Below are positions 1 through 8,177 of a stretch of DNA of 56,669 nt, piece after piece (within the stretch, counting starts at the first letter, position 1; each line of letters starts with the position of its first letter). The stretch spans positions 1 through 56,669 of the forward strand of contig CAZSZQ010000004.1 of assembly GCA_964610475.1 (NCBI GenBank), read 5' to 3'. The stretch comes from an uncultured Desulfatiglans sp. Lineage in GTDB: Bacteria > Desulfobacterota > DSM-4660 > Desulfatiglandales > HGW-15. Both the position numbers and the translations under genes were made by a program. The notes below the pieces were generated by a model, which was not told the DNA's origin, searched no databases, and saw nothing but the letters and a program-made list of their open reading frames with translations.

Positions 1-560
1 TCATCAAGTTTCCTCTGGATCGGAATAATATAGTTGAGTGCACTCTTTTCACCCACATCTCTTCCGTCCAGAAGGATATGAATCCTTACCTTTTTAACTC
101 TTGATTCCAAGCACTTATCTATAAATATAATAAGATGATCAATATGAGAATGGACATTTCCGTCCGAAAGAAGCCCGATAAAGTGAATCGTTCCTCCTTT
201 TTTAGAACGGGATTCTATGTCATGCCATAATTTTGACGCAAAAACATTCCCGTTTCTGAGAGCGGTATTAACCAGACTTGCACCCTGTTCAAAGACCCTT
301 CCGGCTCCAAGTGCATTGTGCCCCACCTCGCTGTTACCCATGTCATCATCACTCGGGAGTCCGACAGCTTTCCCATGTGCCTTGAGCTGGGTATATAACT
401 CCGATTTAAACAGACGATCCAGTACAGGAGTATCTGCTAAATATACGGCGTTGCTGTCATCATTCTCCCCGATACCAATTCCATCCATGATAATCAGGAG
501 TACAGGGCCTTTTCTGCTAAAAATATTTTTTTGTGGTTTTAGTTCCAACATCATTTTCAT
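1..560 (-). CDS. gpmI: 2,3-bisphosphoglycerate-independent phosphoglycerate mutase, N-terminal part (gene runs off the window start)
   Basis: Not in the ORF track because it is cut by the window edge. Minus-strand translation from ATG at 560 reads MKMMLELKPQKNIFSRKGPVLLIIMDGIGIGENDDSNAVY...PSDDDMGNSEVGHNALGAGRVFEQGASL...GGTIHFIGLLSDGNVHSHIDHL. This is the typical iPGM N-terminus (DG.G and MGNSEVGH motifs). The start could also be ATG 554 or 551. Confidence 0.85.
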   Translation of the reverse strand, partial: MKMMLELKPQKNIFSRKGPVLLIIMDGIGIGENDDSNAVYLADTPVLDRLFKSELYTQLKAHGKAVGLPSDDDMGNSEVGHNALGAGRVFEQGASLVNTALRNGNVFASKLWHDIESRSKKGGTIHFIGLLSDGNVHSHIDHLIIFIDKCLESRVKKVRIHILLDGRDVGEKSALNYIIPIQRKLD

Positions 561-843
561 CTCCGCATTCATGTGATTAAGCTATGGATATTACAACAAA
601 ATATTAAAAACGGTCAAGTAATGATTCATATTATCTTTTCAGACAGTAGCGTCAAAAAAATGTCGACATGGTCAAATCATCTGCATTTATAGTTAAATAT
701 TAACATCAACTTATTATTGATCTTTGAGGTTTTCGTGATAAAAGTCATTTTACAGGGCTTAAAGCAGACAACTAAATCTGACATATAACACATTGATAAT
801 ATTGTTATATATAGATTACTTGAAATCAGTTACGTTACTTCAT

Positions 844-885
844 AAAAAAGACCCTGTCAGGGCAACCCTGACAGGGTCTTTTTTC
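844..885. terminator. Bidirectional rho-independent terminator hairpin
   Basis: Perfect 13-bp stem GACCCTGTCAGGG (850-862) / CCCTGACAGGGTC (866-878) with a 3-nt loop, an A-run on the left and a T-run on the right. It lies about 90 nt downstream of the stop of the minus-strand gene 973..2115. Confidence 0.8.
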
Positions 886-972
886 AGAGATTAGGAATGA
901 AGTAAGGAGGGAGACTCCATTTCCTTACAATTTACATTTGCAATTTTAATACCAATAATTGATCATTTATCA

Positions 973-2115
973 TTACAATTTAATTATTGAAATATGCTCC
1001 GACAAACTCTTGATTTTATCTACATCTACCTCCACTCCAAGCCCGGAACCATTTAGTGTCGATGCCTTTCCACCATAACCAAATGACACATCGATACGAG
1101 TAATATTTTCAGCAAGAAGGAGATTATCATAGGATCCGTCATAATAAACAGAATCATTTGACAGCAGACTGAGTATACGTCCTGCGGATGACAGCAGACC
1201 GGACTCGCCTAGCTGGCAGCCTATCTGAAATTTAATTTTTGTTTTCCTGACATAATCAATCATTTTAAGTGAACGCCTCATACCTCCACATTTTGAAAGC
1301 CTTATATTTATCATCTGATAATACCCTTTGTCATTCAATTCAATTAAATCGTCAAGCGAACATGCAGATTCATCGGCCATCAGATCAATGTTATATCTAT
1401 TTGTTTCATTGCTTAACCTGGCAATGTCAGGGTTATTGGGAAACATGGGCTGCTCTATTATATGCACATAATAATCATGTATCAGTTCAAGATTTTGTAA
1501 ACCTGTTTCATAACTCCACACTCCGTTAACATCAACTTTCAGATCATATCCTTCAGTAAAAATTTTTTTCACTGTCTCCAGAAGCATTTGGTTATGTGAG
1601 TAGTCCTCACCCATTTTCAGTTTTATTTTATTTATTCCCAGATTTTTAATTTTCCTGCACACATTTTCTGCTTTCTCCTCTGTCGTCAATGGAATAACAG
1701 CTCCATATTGTATGGAATCAGTTAAATAGTCCTTTGCAAAATAATCTATCAGATGTTTTTTTTCATATCTTGCCAAGGCATCCAATAAAGCCATTTCAAG
1801 GGCACATATTGAGGCATTCATCTCTTTTCCGTCCGGGAGTACATCAATCAGATGCCAGATCTGTTCTAAACTTTCCAGATGCAAGGGAAATTCAACCCTT
1901 TTTATCAGAAATCTGATGTTCTTTTCTGCAGTTTCCGTATTCTCACCTGTCACATAGGACCTTGGGGCGCCCTCACCGGCGCCAAGGATATTGCCATTCT
2001 CCCCGATAAGGATCACAACGATATTTCTGACCCATAGCCTTTTTCTGAGGGAATGTGTAAATTCTACTGAAAAAGGCAGGATAACCCTGGCTATGGCGAC
2101 TTCCTTGATTCGCAT
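973..2115 (-). CDS. Enolase-superfamily enzyme, muconate-lactonizing-enzyme subgroup (dipeptide epimerase / N-acylamino-acid racemase / OSBS-like)
   Basis: 380-aa ORF. KxK motif (KIKLKMG), metal ligand positions in DVNGVW, IEQP and MADES, and a second catalytic Lys in RLSKCGG. The ATG abuts the stop of the upstream kinase gene. Confidence 0.8.
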   Translation of the reverse strand: MRIKEVAIARVILPFSVEFTHSLRKRLWVRNIVVILIGENGNILGAGEGAPRSYVTGENTETAEKNIRFLIKRVEFPLHLESLEQIWHLIDVLPDGKEMNASICALEMALLDALARYEKKHLIDYFAKDYLTDSIQYGAVIPLTTEEKAENVCRKIKNLGINKIKLKMGEDYSHNQMLLETVKKIFTEGYDLKVDVNGVWSYETGLQNLELIHDYYVHIIEQPMFPNNPDIARLSNETNRYNIDLMADESACSLDDLIELNDKGYYQMINIRLSKCGGMRRSLKMIDYVRKTKIKFQIGCQLGESGLLSSAGRILSLLSNDSVYYDGSYDNLLLAENITRIDVSFGYGGKASTLNGSGLGVEVDVDKIKSLSEHISIIKL

Positions 2116-4119
2116 TTAGATATTTTTTCCTTTGTTACCTGTTAGATGCTGGGGGTGTATCGGAAGATCAATAATGAATTTTGTTCCTTCATTTACCTTA
2201 CTTTTAACTTCAATCGTACCGAAATGATCCTGAATATTCTGATGAACAATGAAAAGTCCCAATCCTGTACCTTTATGATCATTACTTTTATGTTTAGTCG
2301 TAAAATAGGGGTCGAAAATTTTATTGAGAAGATTTTCAGGTACACCTTCACCATTATCTTCTACTATAATTCGAATACCGGCTCCGTTTTCACCTTCTAA
2401 AACCCTGTTTGTTGAAATTTTAATCAGTCCATGTTCAGGAGTGAATTCAATCGAATTGGATAACAGATTTAATATCACCTGTTTGATTTTTTCAGAATCA
2501 ATCCATACCTTTTTTATTTCAGGATCAAAATACCTCTCTACCATTATCTTTTTAGCTTTACTTTTGGGAGAGATTAGAAGAATCATCTTTTCTATTATTT
2601 CATGGATTTGACAGGATTCAAACTTTGATTCTCTGGTATTTACAAGGTCAAGTAGTTCTGAAATAAGATTATTGACTCTCTCTGTTTCCTCCATTGCAAT
2701 TCTACGGAAATTCCCCCTGTACTCCTCATCATCAATTTTATAGGGCAGCATCTGTATAAATGTACCTATAGCTGTCATAGGGTTTTTGATTTCATGTGCC
2801 AGTCTAGCTGCAAGATCTCCTAAAAATGCGAGTTTTTCCGTCCTGCTTAAAAGAGCATTAGACCGTTTAAGTTCAACCATCTGCTCCTCTAATTTTTTAT
2901 ACAATCTGGCATTCTCAATTGCTATGGCTATCTGCGGAGCAAATACCTCGAGTGTATTTCTAGTCTCCTCCGGTAGACCAGTTCCGTCAACAGCGTCAGT
3001 TGCTATAACTCCAATTACCTTTGATCTGGTTATCAAAGGCACAGCAAAAACCGAACTTGGTTTATCATGTATAATAATTATGTTATCTTTTCTGAGGCTA
3101 GAATTCTCAACATTCGGAATGTATTCGGATCGCCCGGTATTCGCAACCCTTGTCAAAAGATTATTTTCTCTATCCAGGGGCACACGATAATTTTTTACTT
3201 CCTCAGGGATATTATTTTCAAAACCCGTTACATAAAGGTATTCCAGATAATTTTCCTTTTTATTAATAATCATTATGATTGCCCTGTTTATCCTGCAGAC
3301 ATTTGACAGAGAACTCATAATGACATGAAGGAGTTTTTCCAGATCGAGAACGGAAAGAATAGCTTTACCTGTCTCCTGGACAGCCTGGAGCTGTTTGAAC
3401 TTTTCATTCAACTGGACATTTAAACGGTTAACCTCTTCATATTTTTTTTCAAGTAAATGTTTATCCCTCTCCATCTCTTCAATCGTTTCAGCAAGAACTG
3501 ATTTTGAAGAGAAAAATCTTGAAAAAATTTCGTTGATCCTGTTCCGGGCCGGCCATTTGACTATGTATTCACAATAAGGTTCCCCATCAAAATAACAGCA
3601 ACTCTCTTTAAGATCCACATTTTTACTCCCCCATATCAGGGGTATATAAGTATAAATACCTTTATTATACTGACAGATATCCTTTGAAGTCTTCATCACC
3701 GGGTTCCAGTGCAATCTTATTACCGCACCATTTCTGTCAACTGAGACCAGTTCTACTTTTTTGTTCCTGTTAAATTTATCGTTGATCTTTTGTGCATTTT
3801 TATAACTTTTTTCCATAGACCAGAAGGCCTTAATAAATATCCTCTGGATATAGCCGAGTGATGTTTTAGTGACAGCATATTTTGCTATTTTAAAGGGAAG
3901 ATCTTCCTCTCCTAATGATACCTTGGCTCTCCTATATAATTCTGAGGCAACTTCGCTTGATATCCAGTTATTTGGATCTTTCAAATAGGAAGCCGGATCC
4001 GGAAGCATATCCAATTCAGGATGCAGATCAGCTAGAAAACCATGAATATCAAGATCACTATGATCACTCAGATAATTAAGAACGGCCTTTGAGTTTATGC
4101 AATTAACTTCTTTTTCCAT
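2116..4119 (-). CDS. Sensor histidine kinase (unassigned Cys-containing N-terminal domain, coiled coil, GAF, HisKA, HATPase_c)
   Basis: 667-aa ORF. H-box LAHEIKNPMTAI, N-box LLSNSIEFTP, G-boxes EDNGEGV and GTGLGLFIV, and a GAF-like block around VPLITRSKVIGVIATD. Confidence 0.85.
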   Translation of the reverse strand: MEKEVNCINSKAVLNYLSDHSDLDIHGFLADLHPELDMLPDPASYLKDPNNWISSEVASELYRRAKVSLGEEDLPFKIAKYAVTKTSLGYIQRIFIKAFWSMEKSYKNAQKINDKFNRNKKVELVSVDRNGAVIRLHWNPVMKTSKDICQYNKGIYTYIPLIWGSKNVDLKESCCYFDGEPYCEYIVKWPARNRINEIFSRFFSSKSVLAETIEEMERDKHLLEKKYEEVNRLNVQLNEKFKQLQAVQETGKAILSVLDLEKLLHVIMSSLSNVCRINRAIIMIINKKENYLEYLYVTGFENNIPEEVKNYRVPLDRENNLLTRVANTGRSEYIPNVENSSLRKDNIIIIHDKPSSVFAVPLITRSKVIGVIATDAVDGTGLPEETRNTLEVFAPQIAIAIENARLYKKLEEQMVELKRSNALLSRTEKLAFLGDLAARLAHEIKNPMTAIGTFIQMLPYKIDDEEYRGNFRRIAMEETERVNNLISELLDLVNTRESKFESCQIHEIIEKMILLISPKSKAKKIMVERYFDPEIKKVWIDSEKIKQVILNLLSNSIEFTPEHGLIKISTNRVLEGENGAGIRIIVEDNGEGVPENLLNKIFDPYFTTKHKSNDHKGTGLGLFIVHQNIQDHFGTIEVKSKVNEGTKFIIDLPIHPQHLTGNKGKNI

Positions 4120-4141
4120 TTATATCAATTAGTTTTATTTG

Positions 4142-5119
4142 TTAATTAATATTCAAAACCGGTTGTGAATGAATTACCGTCACCTGTCTTTCTTCCTCGT
4201 AATCCAATCCGTGCGTGTTGATTATTTCAGAATATTTCTTCCATTCGTACCATTGTTCAGGATATTTATAGATCAACTGCTCGAGAACTTTTAATACAAC
4301 TTCACCTGTTGTTGCCAAAGGAATGTATCGAGTCATTTCTATCATCTGCTCATGAGAATAGGCAATAAACCTGTATTGATTCAGACTGTAACGGTGCATA
4401 ACCCCAAATACCACTTCAGCACCTGTACGTTTATGAAGCAGATTAATAGTCCGGTCAAGTCCGGTTATTTTACCGAGAAATGATGTAATTTTTCCCCCTG
4501 ATGGCTTCCATTCATCAATTTCATCACATTGCGTAATAAGTACCCGGTTTTGTTTTAATTCATGTATGGCCATTTTTATTACACTACCTCGGTTATCAGC
4601 ATCAATCACTCGAATCCCAAAATTTGCAGCCTGTTCAAAACCCTTTTTTCTGAGCTGATGTGTCTTAAATTTAGCTATCATTGAGATATCAATATCATTT
4701 ATTGCCAGTACTATCGGGATATATTCAATCGCTCCATAATGACCCGTAATCAGGATTACACCCCTCCCCTTTATAAGTGAGCTTTTAATAATTGGTATGT
4801 CATTACATGAAACATGATGAGTTAAAAAATCAACAACTTTATTCTTCTTTTCAAAAGATATATAAATTTTTTCATAATAATGGGAGTATATTCCGGAAAA
4901 GACCCTTTCAATAAGGCTTGATATATCTTTTTTTCTCTTTATGCAACCTAATGCATCTTTAACTGATTTTTTAATTGAATTCCTTTCATCTTTATTAACT
5001 AAAAAATACAACCTGCACAATAAAAACATATATATTTTTATTACACCCCATCCAAAAATCGTGTACAAAAAAAAGTTAAATTTCGCCTGCAAGAAACTAC
5101 TCAATTTTAGCATTCTCAT
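4142..5119 (-). CDS. LpxL/HtrB-type lipid A biosynthesis (lysophospholipid) acyltransferase family protein
   Basis: 325-aa ORF with an N-terminal TM helix and an H(x)4(D/E) acyltransferase box in ITGHYGAIEY. AAGGAGG Shine-Dalgarno just upstream of the ATG. Confidence 0.7.
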   Translation of the reverse strand: MRMLKLSSFLQAKFNFFLYTIFGWGVIKIYMFLLCRLYFLVNKDERNSIKKSVKDALGCIKRKKDISSLIERVFSGIYSHYYEKIYISFEKKNKVVDFLTHHVSCNDIPIIKSSLIKGRGVILITGHYGAIEYIPIVLAINDIDISMIAKFKTHQLRKKGFEQAANFGIRVIDADNRGSVIKMAIHELKQNRVLITQCDEIDEWKPSGGKITSFLGKITGLDRTINLLHKRTGAEVVFGVMHRYSLNQYRFIAYSHEQMIEMTRYIPLATTGEVVLKVLEQLIYKYPEQWYEWKKYSEIINTHGLDYEEERQVTVIHSQPVLNIN

Positions 5120-5170
5120 GGTGCCTCCTTCTCTATAATTAATTTTTCAAAGAGCTTTATGAAATATGAC

Positions 5171-5185
5171 TCAATTTCTATGCCA
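5171..5185 (-). promoter_or_regulatory. Candidate sigma-54 (-24/-12) promoter for the acyltransferase-kinase-enolase operon
   Basis: Minus strand reads TGGCAT-AGAAA-TTGAG, about 50-65 nt upstream of ATG 5119. The -12 element deviates from TTGC. Support comes from tandem dyads 161 bp upstream, the same spacing as at the comEA locus. Confidence 0.35.
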
Positions 5186-5345
5186 AAAAAACACAGGTGT
5201 ATGACGGGTTTCCTGTTTAAAAGCAACTGTTAATATCTACTTATAACAAATTAATTTTATTAATAAATTTATCCCAGGTAAAAATACTTAGAACGGGAAA
5301 TAGAAAAGAGGCATTCTTCTTAAGCCTTGAACTTCACTTTTAATG

Positions 5346-5383
5346 TGCACAATTTTATGTGCATGTGCACTAATATATGTGCA
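5346..5383. promoter_or_regulatory. Two tandem perfect dyads TGCAC-N8-GTGCA (putative enhancer-binding-protein UAS)
   Basis: TGCAC(5346-5350)-aattttat-GTGCA(5359-5363) and TGCAC(5366-5370)-taatatat-GTGCA(5379-5383), starts 20 bp apart. Half-sites resemble NtrC-type TGCAC/GTGCA half-sites. They sit between divergent sigma-54-like promoters. Confidence 0.45.
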
Positions 5384-5694
5384 ATTTTATATTTTTCTAA
5401 CTAGAGTAACAGGTTTTGAGATTAAAAATAGCAGTTATTAAATAATTAAATTATAAAATGATTTCTAACTTCCTCGCTGGTCATTTTTCATTTAAAACCT
5501 TGAGTATTTATTTAATTGATCCGTCTCCGGTTATCGGTCTTCTGTAAAAGTCTTTAATATCAAACAATTAGTTGAGTTGTAATAAAATACGGCTCAAGGC
5601 CGGCTGTGCAATGGTCAATTTCTTGATGTAAGTAAAAAGATATATTTTCACTAAAAAAAGATATATATAGAAGTATTTTTCTGTAAACGGTATT

Positions 5695-5710
5695 TGGCAC
5701 GATGATTGTA
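5695..5710 (+). promoter_or_regulatory. Candidate sigma-54 (-24/-12) promoter upstream of the NtrC-type regulator
   Basis: TGGCAC(5695-5700)-gatga-TTGTA(5706-5710) with correct N5 spacing, about 93 nt upstream of ATG 5803. It has the same TGGCAC-N5-TTGTA as the site at 16181-16195. Confidence 0.5.
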
Positions 5711-5802
5711 TAGAGCAGTGGATGGCTTTAAAAGTATATACTTTTAAAAATACTCAACAGGTTTCAAGGCTTTTCATTTATATATAGTGAAAGGGATATA
5801 TA

Positions 5803-7143
5803 ATGGATAACAGGGCTTCCATTCTGGTAGTGGATGACGAATATGGAGTTTTACAATCATTTAATATGGTATTGGGGGCAGATCACAATATACTCCTTGC
5901 AGATAGCGGTGAAAATGCTGTTAAAATATTTGCTGAAAATTCGGTCGATCTGATACTTCTTGATATATTGCTTCCGGATGCCAATGGTATTGAATTATTA
6001 AAAAAATTCAAGGAAACCGACTCCAATGTTGAGATTATAATGGTTAGCGCTGTTAATGAGATAAAAACCGCTGTAGAGGCCATGAGATTGGGAGCATATG
6101 ACTACATAGTCAAGCCATTTGTTGTTGAAGAAATAATAAATATTGTCAGCCATGCCCTTGAAAGGCACCGCCTTCAGAGGGAAGTGACATACCTAAAGGA
6201 TGAACTAGAGAGGTTTCAACCATTTGAAAAGATGGTAGGCAGGGATAAGAAGATGCTTGATATCTTCGAATTAATATCCAGTATCGCTGATGGTGACGGT
6301 GCAGTATTGATACAGGGTGAAAGCGGTACCGGAAAGGAACTGGTCGCAAGGGCAATCCACAGACTTGGAACAAGGAGAGATCAGCCCTTTGTAGTCATCA
6401 ATTGTGCGGCTATTCCTGAAACGCTTATGGAGAGTGAAGTTTTCGGCCATATGAAAGGTGCCTTTACCGGCGCATCTGCTATAAAGATTGGCAAGCTGGA
6501 AATTGCCAATAAAGGGGTTGTTTTTCTGGATGATGTCGATACACTCGATATCGCCATGCAGGCAAAATTATTAAGAGTAATTCAGGAAAAGGAGTTTGAA
6601 CGGCTTGGGAGCACAAAACTAATAAAAATCGATGTAAGGTTTATTGCCGCATCCAATAAAAACCTCTGGTATCTTACTGAAACAGGACAATTCAGAGAGG
6701 ACCTTTTTTACAGACTTAATGTGTTTCCCGTGGAAATCCCCCCGTTGAGGGAAAGACGCCAGGATATCCCTCTGTTACTTGAGCATTTTCTATGCCTTTA
6801 TTCTAAAAAATACGGAAAACCTTTAAAAAAGTTTTCTAACAGTGCCATAAAGGTACTTACAGATCATTACGAATGGCCAGGGAATGTCCGTGAGCTTCAG
6901 AACCTTGTTGAACGCCTTGCCACAATTACCAAAGGGAATGTAATTTTCCCAAAAAGCATTTCCGGTTTCAGCATCAATAAAAAGGAAGTAAAAGATATGC
7001 CCCTCAAGCATGCGGTTGATATATTTGAAAAAGAGTATATCAATGAGGTATTAAAACGGGCAAGTGGTAGCCGGAAGGAGGCATCCCGCATTCTTGGTAT
7101 ACATCGAAATACACTTCAAAAAAAATTGACTGACCAGTTGTAA
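5803..7143 (+). CDS. Sigma-54-dependent response regulator (NtrC family: REC, AAA+, Fis-type HTH)
   Basis: 446-aa ORF. REC (ILVVDDE, DLILLDILLPD, KPF), Walker A GESGTGKE, sigma-54 contact loop GAFTGA, Walker B VVFLDDV, and C-terminal HTH ASRILGIHRNTLQKKL. Confidence 0.9.
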   Translation: MDNRASILVVDDEYGVLQSFNMVLGADHNILLADSGENAVKIFAENSVDLILLDILLPDANGIELLKKFKETDSNVEIIMVSAVNEIKTAVEAMRLGAYDYIVKPFVVEEIINIVSHALERHRLQREVTYLKDELERFQPFEKMVGRDKKMLDIFELISSIADGDGAVLIQGESGTGKELVARAIHRLGTRRDQPFVVINCAAIPETLMESEVFGHMKGAFTGASAIKIGKLEIANKGVVFLDDVDTLDIAMQAKLLRVIQEKEFERLGSTKLIKIDVRFIAASNKNLWYLTETGQFREDLFYRLNVFPVEIPPLRERRQDIPLLLEHFLCLYSKKYGKPLKKFSNSAIKVLTDHYEWPGNVRELQNLVERLATITKGNVIFPKSISGFSINKKEVKDMPLKHAVDIFEKEYINEVLKRASGSRKEASRILGIHRNTLQKKLTDQL

Positions 7144-7160
7144 AAATATACATTTCATTT

Positions 7161-8174
7161 ATGAAAATTATAGATAAAAGACCGGTCATAGGTATAACGA
7201 TGGGTGACCCGTCGGGAATAGGGCCTGAAATAATATGCAAACTGCTGGCAGAGGGCGTTGTCTTCAGAGTATGCAGACCTGTTGTAATCGGTGATCCTGG
7301 GGTTCTTTCCGATTACACAACCATACCCATTATAATAAATGAAATAAGTAAACCTGGAGATGCCCTGGGAAAAGCAGGTCATATGGAAGTCCTGAAGATA
7401 TCATCACTGAAAAAACAGGATCATCTGGCAGGCAAACCAACTCCTTCAGGCGGTGTGGCCATGGTTAAATATATCCTTACAGCAGTTGATATGGCATTAA
7501 AAGGAGATATTTCTGCAATGGTAACCTGTCCTCTTAATAAAGCCCTCATGAACAGGGTGGGTTATAAATATGAAGGTCACACACAGCTTATCTCACACCT
7601 TACAGATACGGAAGATTATGTGATGATGCTGGCTGGGAGTAAACTGAGAGTAACTCTGGTAACCATTCATTGCGCTTTAAAGGATGTACCCGGAAAACTC
7701 ACAAAGGAGAATATATACCGGACAATATTCATAACAGCTTCATCTCTGAAAAAGGACTTCGGAATTAAATCGCCCAGGATTGCTGTTGCAGCATTAAATC
7801 CCCACGCTGGAGAAGAGGGTCTTTTTGGTGTGGAGGAGAGCACTCTTATCCGTCCTGCTGTCGAAAAAGCAATCGACTCTGGATATGATGTTACAGGACC
7901 GCTTTCTGCAGACACACTTTATACAAAGGCAGTTTCTGGAGATTACGATGCGGTTGTAAACATGTACCATGACCAGGGGCTGATTCCGCTGAAACTTTTA
8001 CATTTTCACGATGGAGTAAATGTTACCCTTGGGCTACCTATTATCAGGACATCGGTTGATCACGGTACTGCATACGATATTGCAGGTAAAGGCATTGCAA
8101 ATCATAACAGTCTTAAAGCCGCTGTAATAATGGCTGCTGAAATGGTTAAGAACCGGCATTGTTATTCAAAATAA
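7161..8174 (+). CDS. pdxA: 4-hydroxythreonine-4-phosphate dehydrogenase
   Basis: 337-aa ORF with motifs [30 protein letters not shown] and RTSVDHGTA. Confidence 0.9.
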   Translation: MKIIDKRPVIGITMGDPSGIGPEIICKLLAEGVVFRVCRPVVIGDPGVLSDYTTIPIIINEISKPGDALGKAGHMEVLKISSLKKQDHLAGKPTPSGGVAMVKYILTAVDMALKGDISAMVTCPLNKALMNRVGYKYEGHTQLISHLTDTEDYVMMLAGSKLRVTLVTIHCALKDVPGKLTKENIYRTIFITASSLKKDFGIKSPRIAVAALNPHAGEEGLFGVEESTLIRPAVEKAIDSGYDVTGPLSADTLYTKAVSGDYDAVVNMYHDQGLIPLKLLHFHDGVNVTLGLPIIRTSVDHGTAYDIAGKGIANHNSLKAAVIMAAEMVKNRHCYSK

Positions 8175-8177
8175 AAA

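Noticed and set aside
217-576. 119-aa plus-strand ORF in the track
   Set aside because: It lies entirely antisense to a clear gpmI reading frame (minus strand, 1-560). Its composition is low-complexity Ser/Leu/Pro and it has no motifs.
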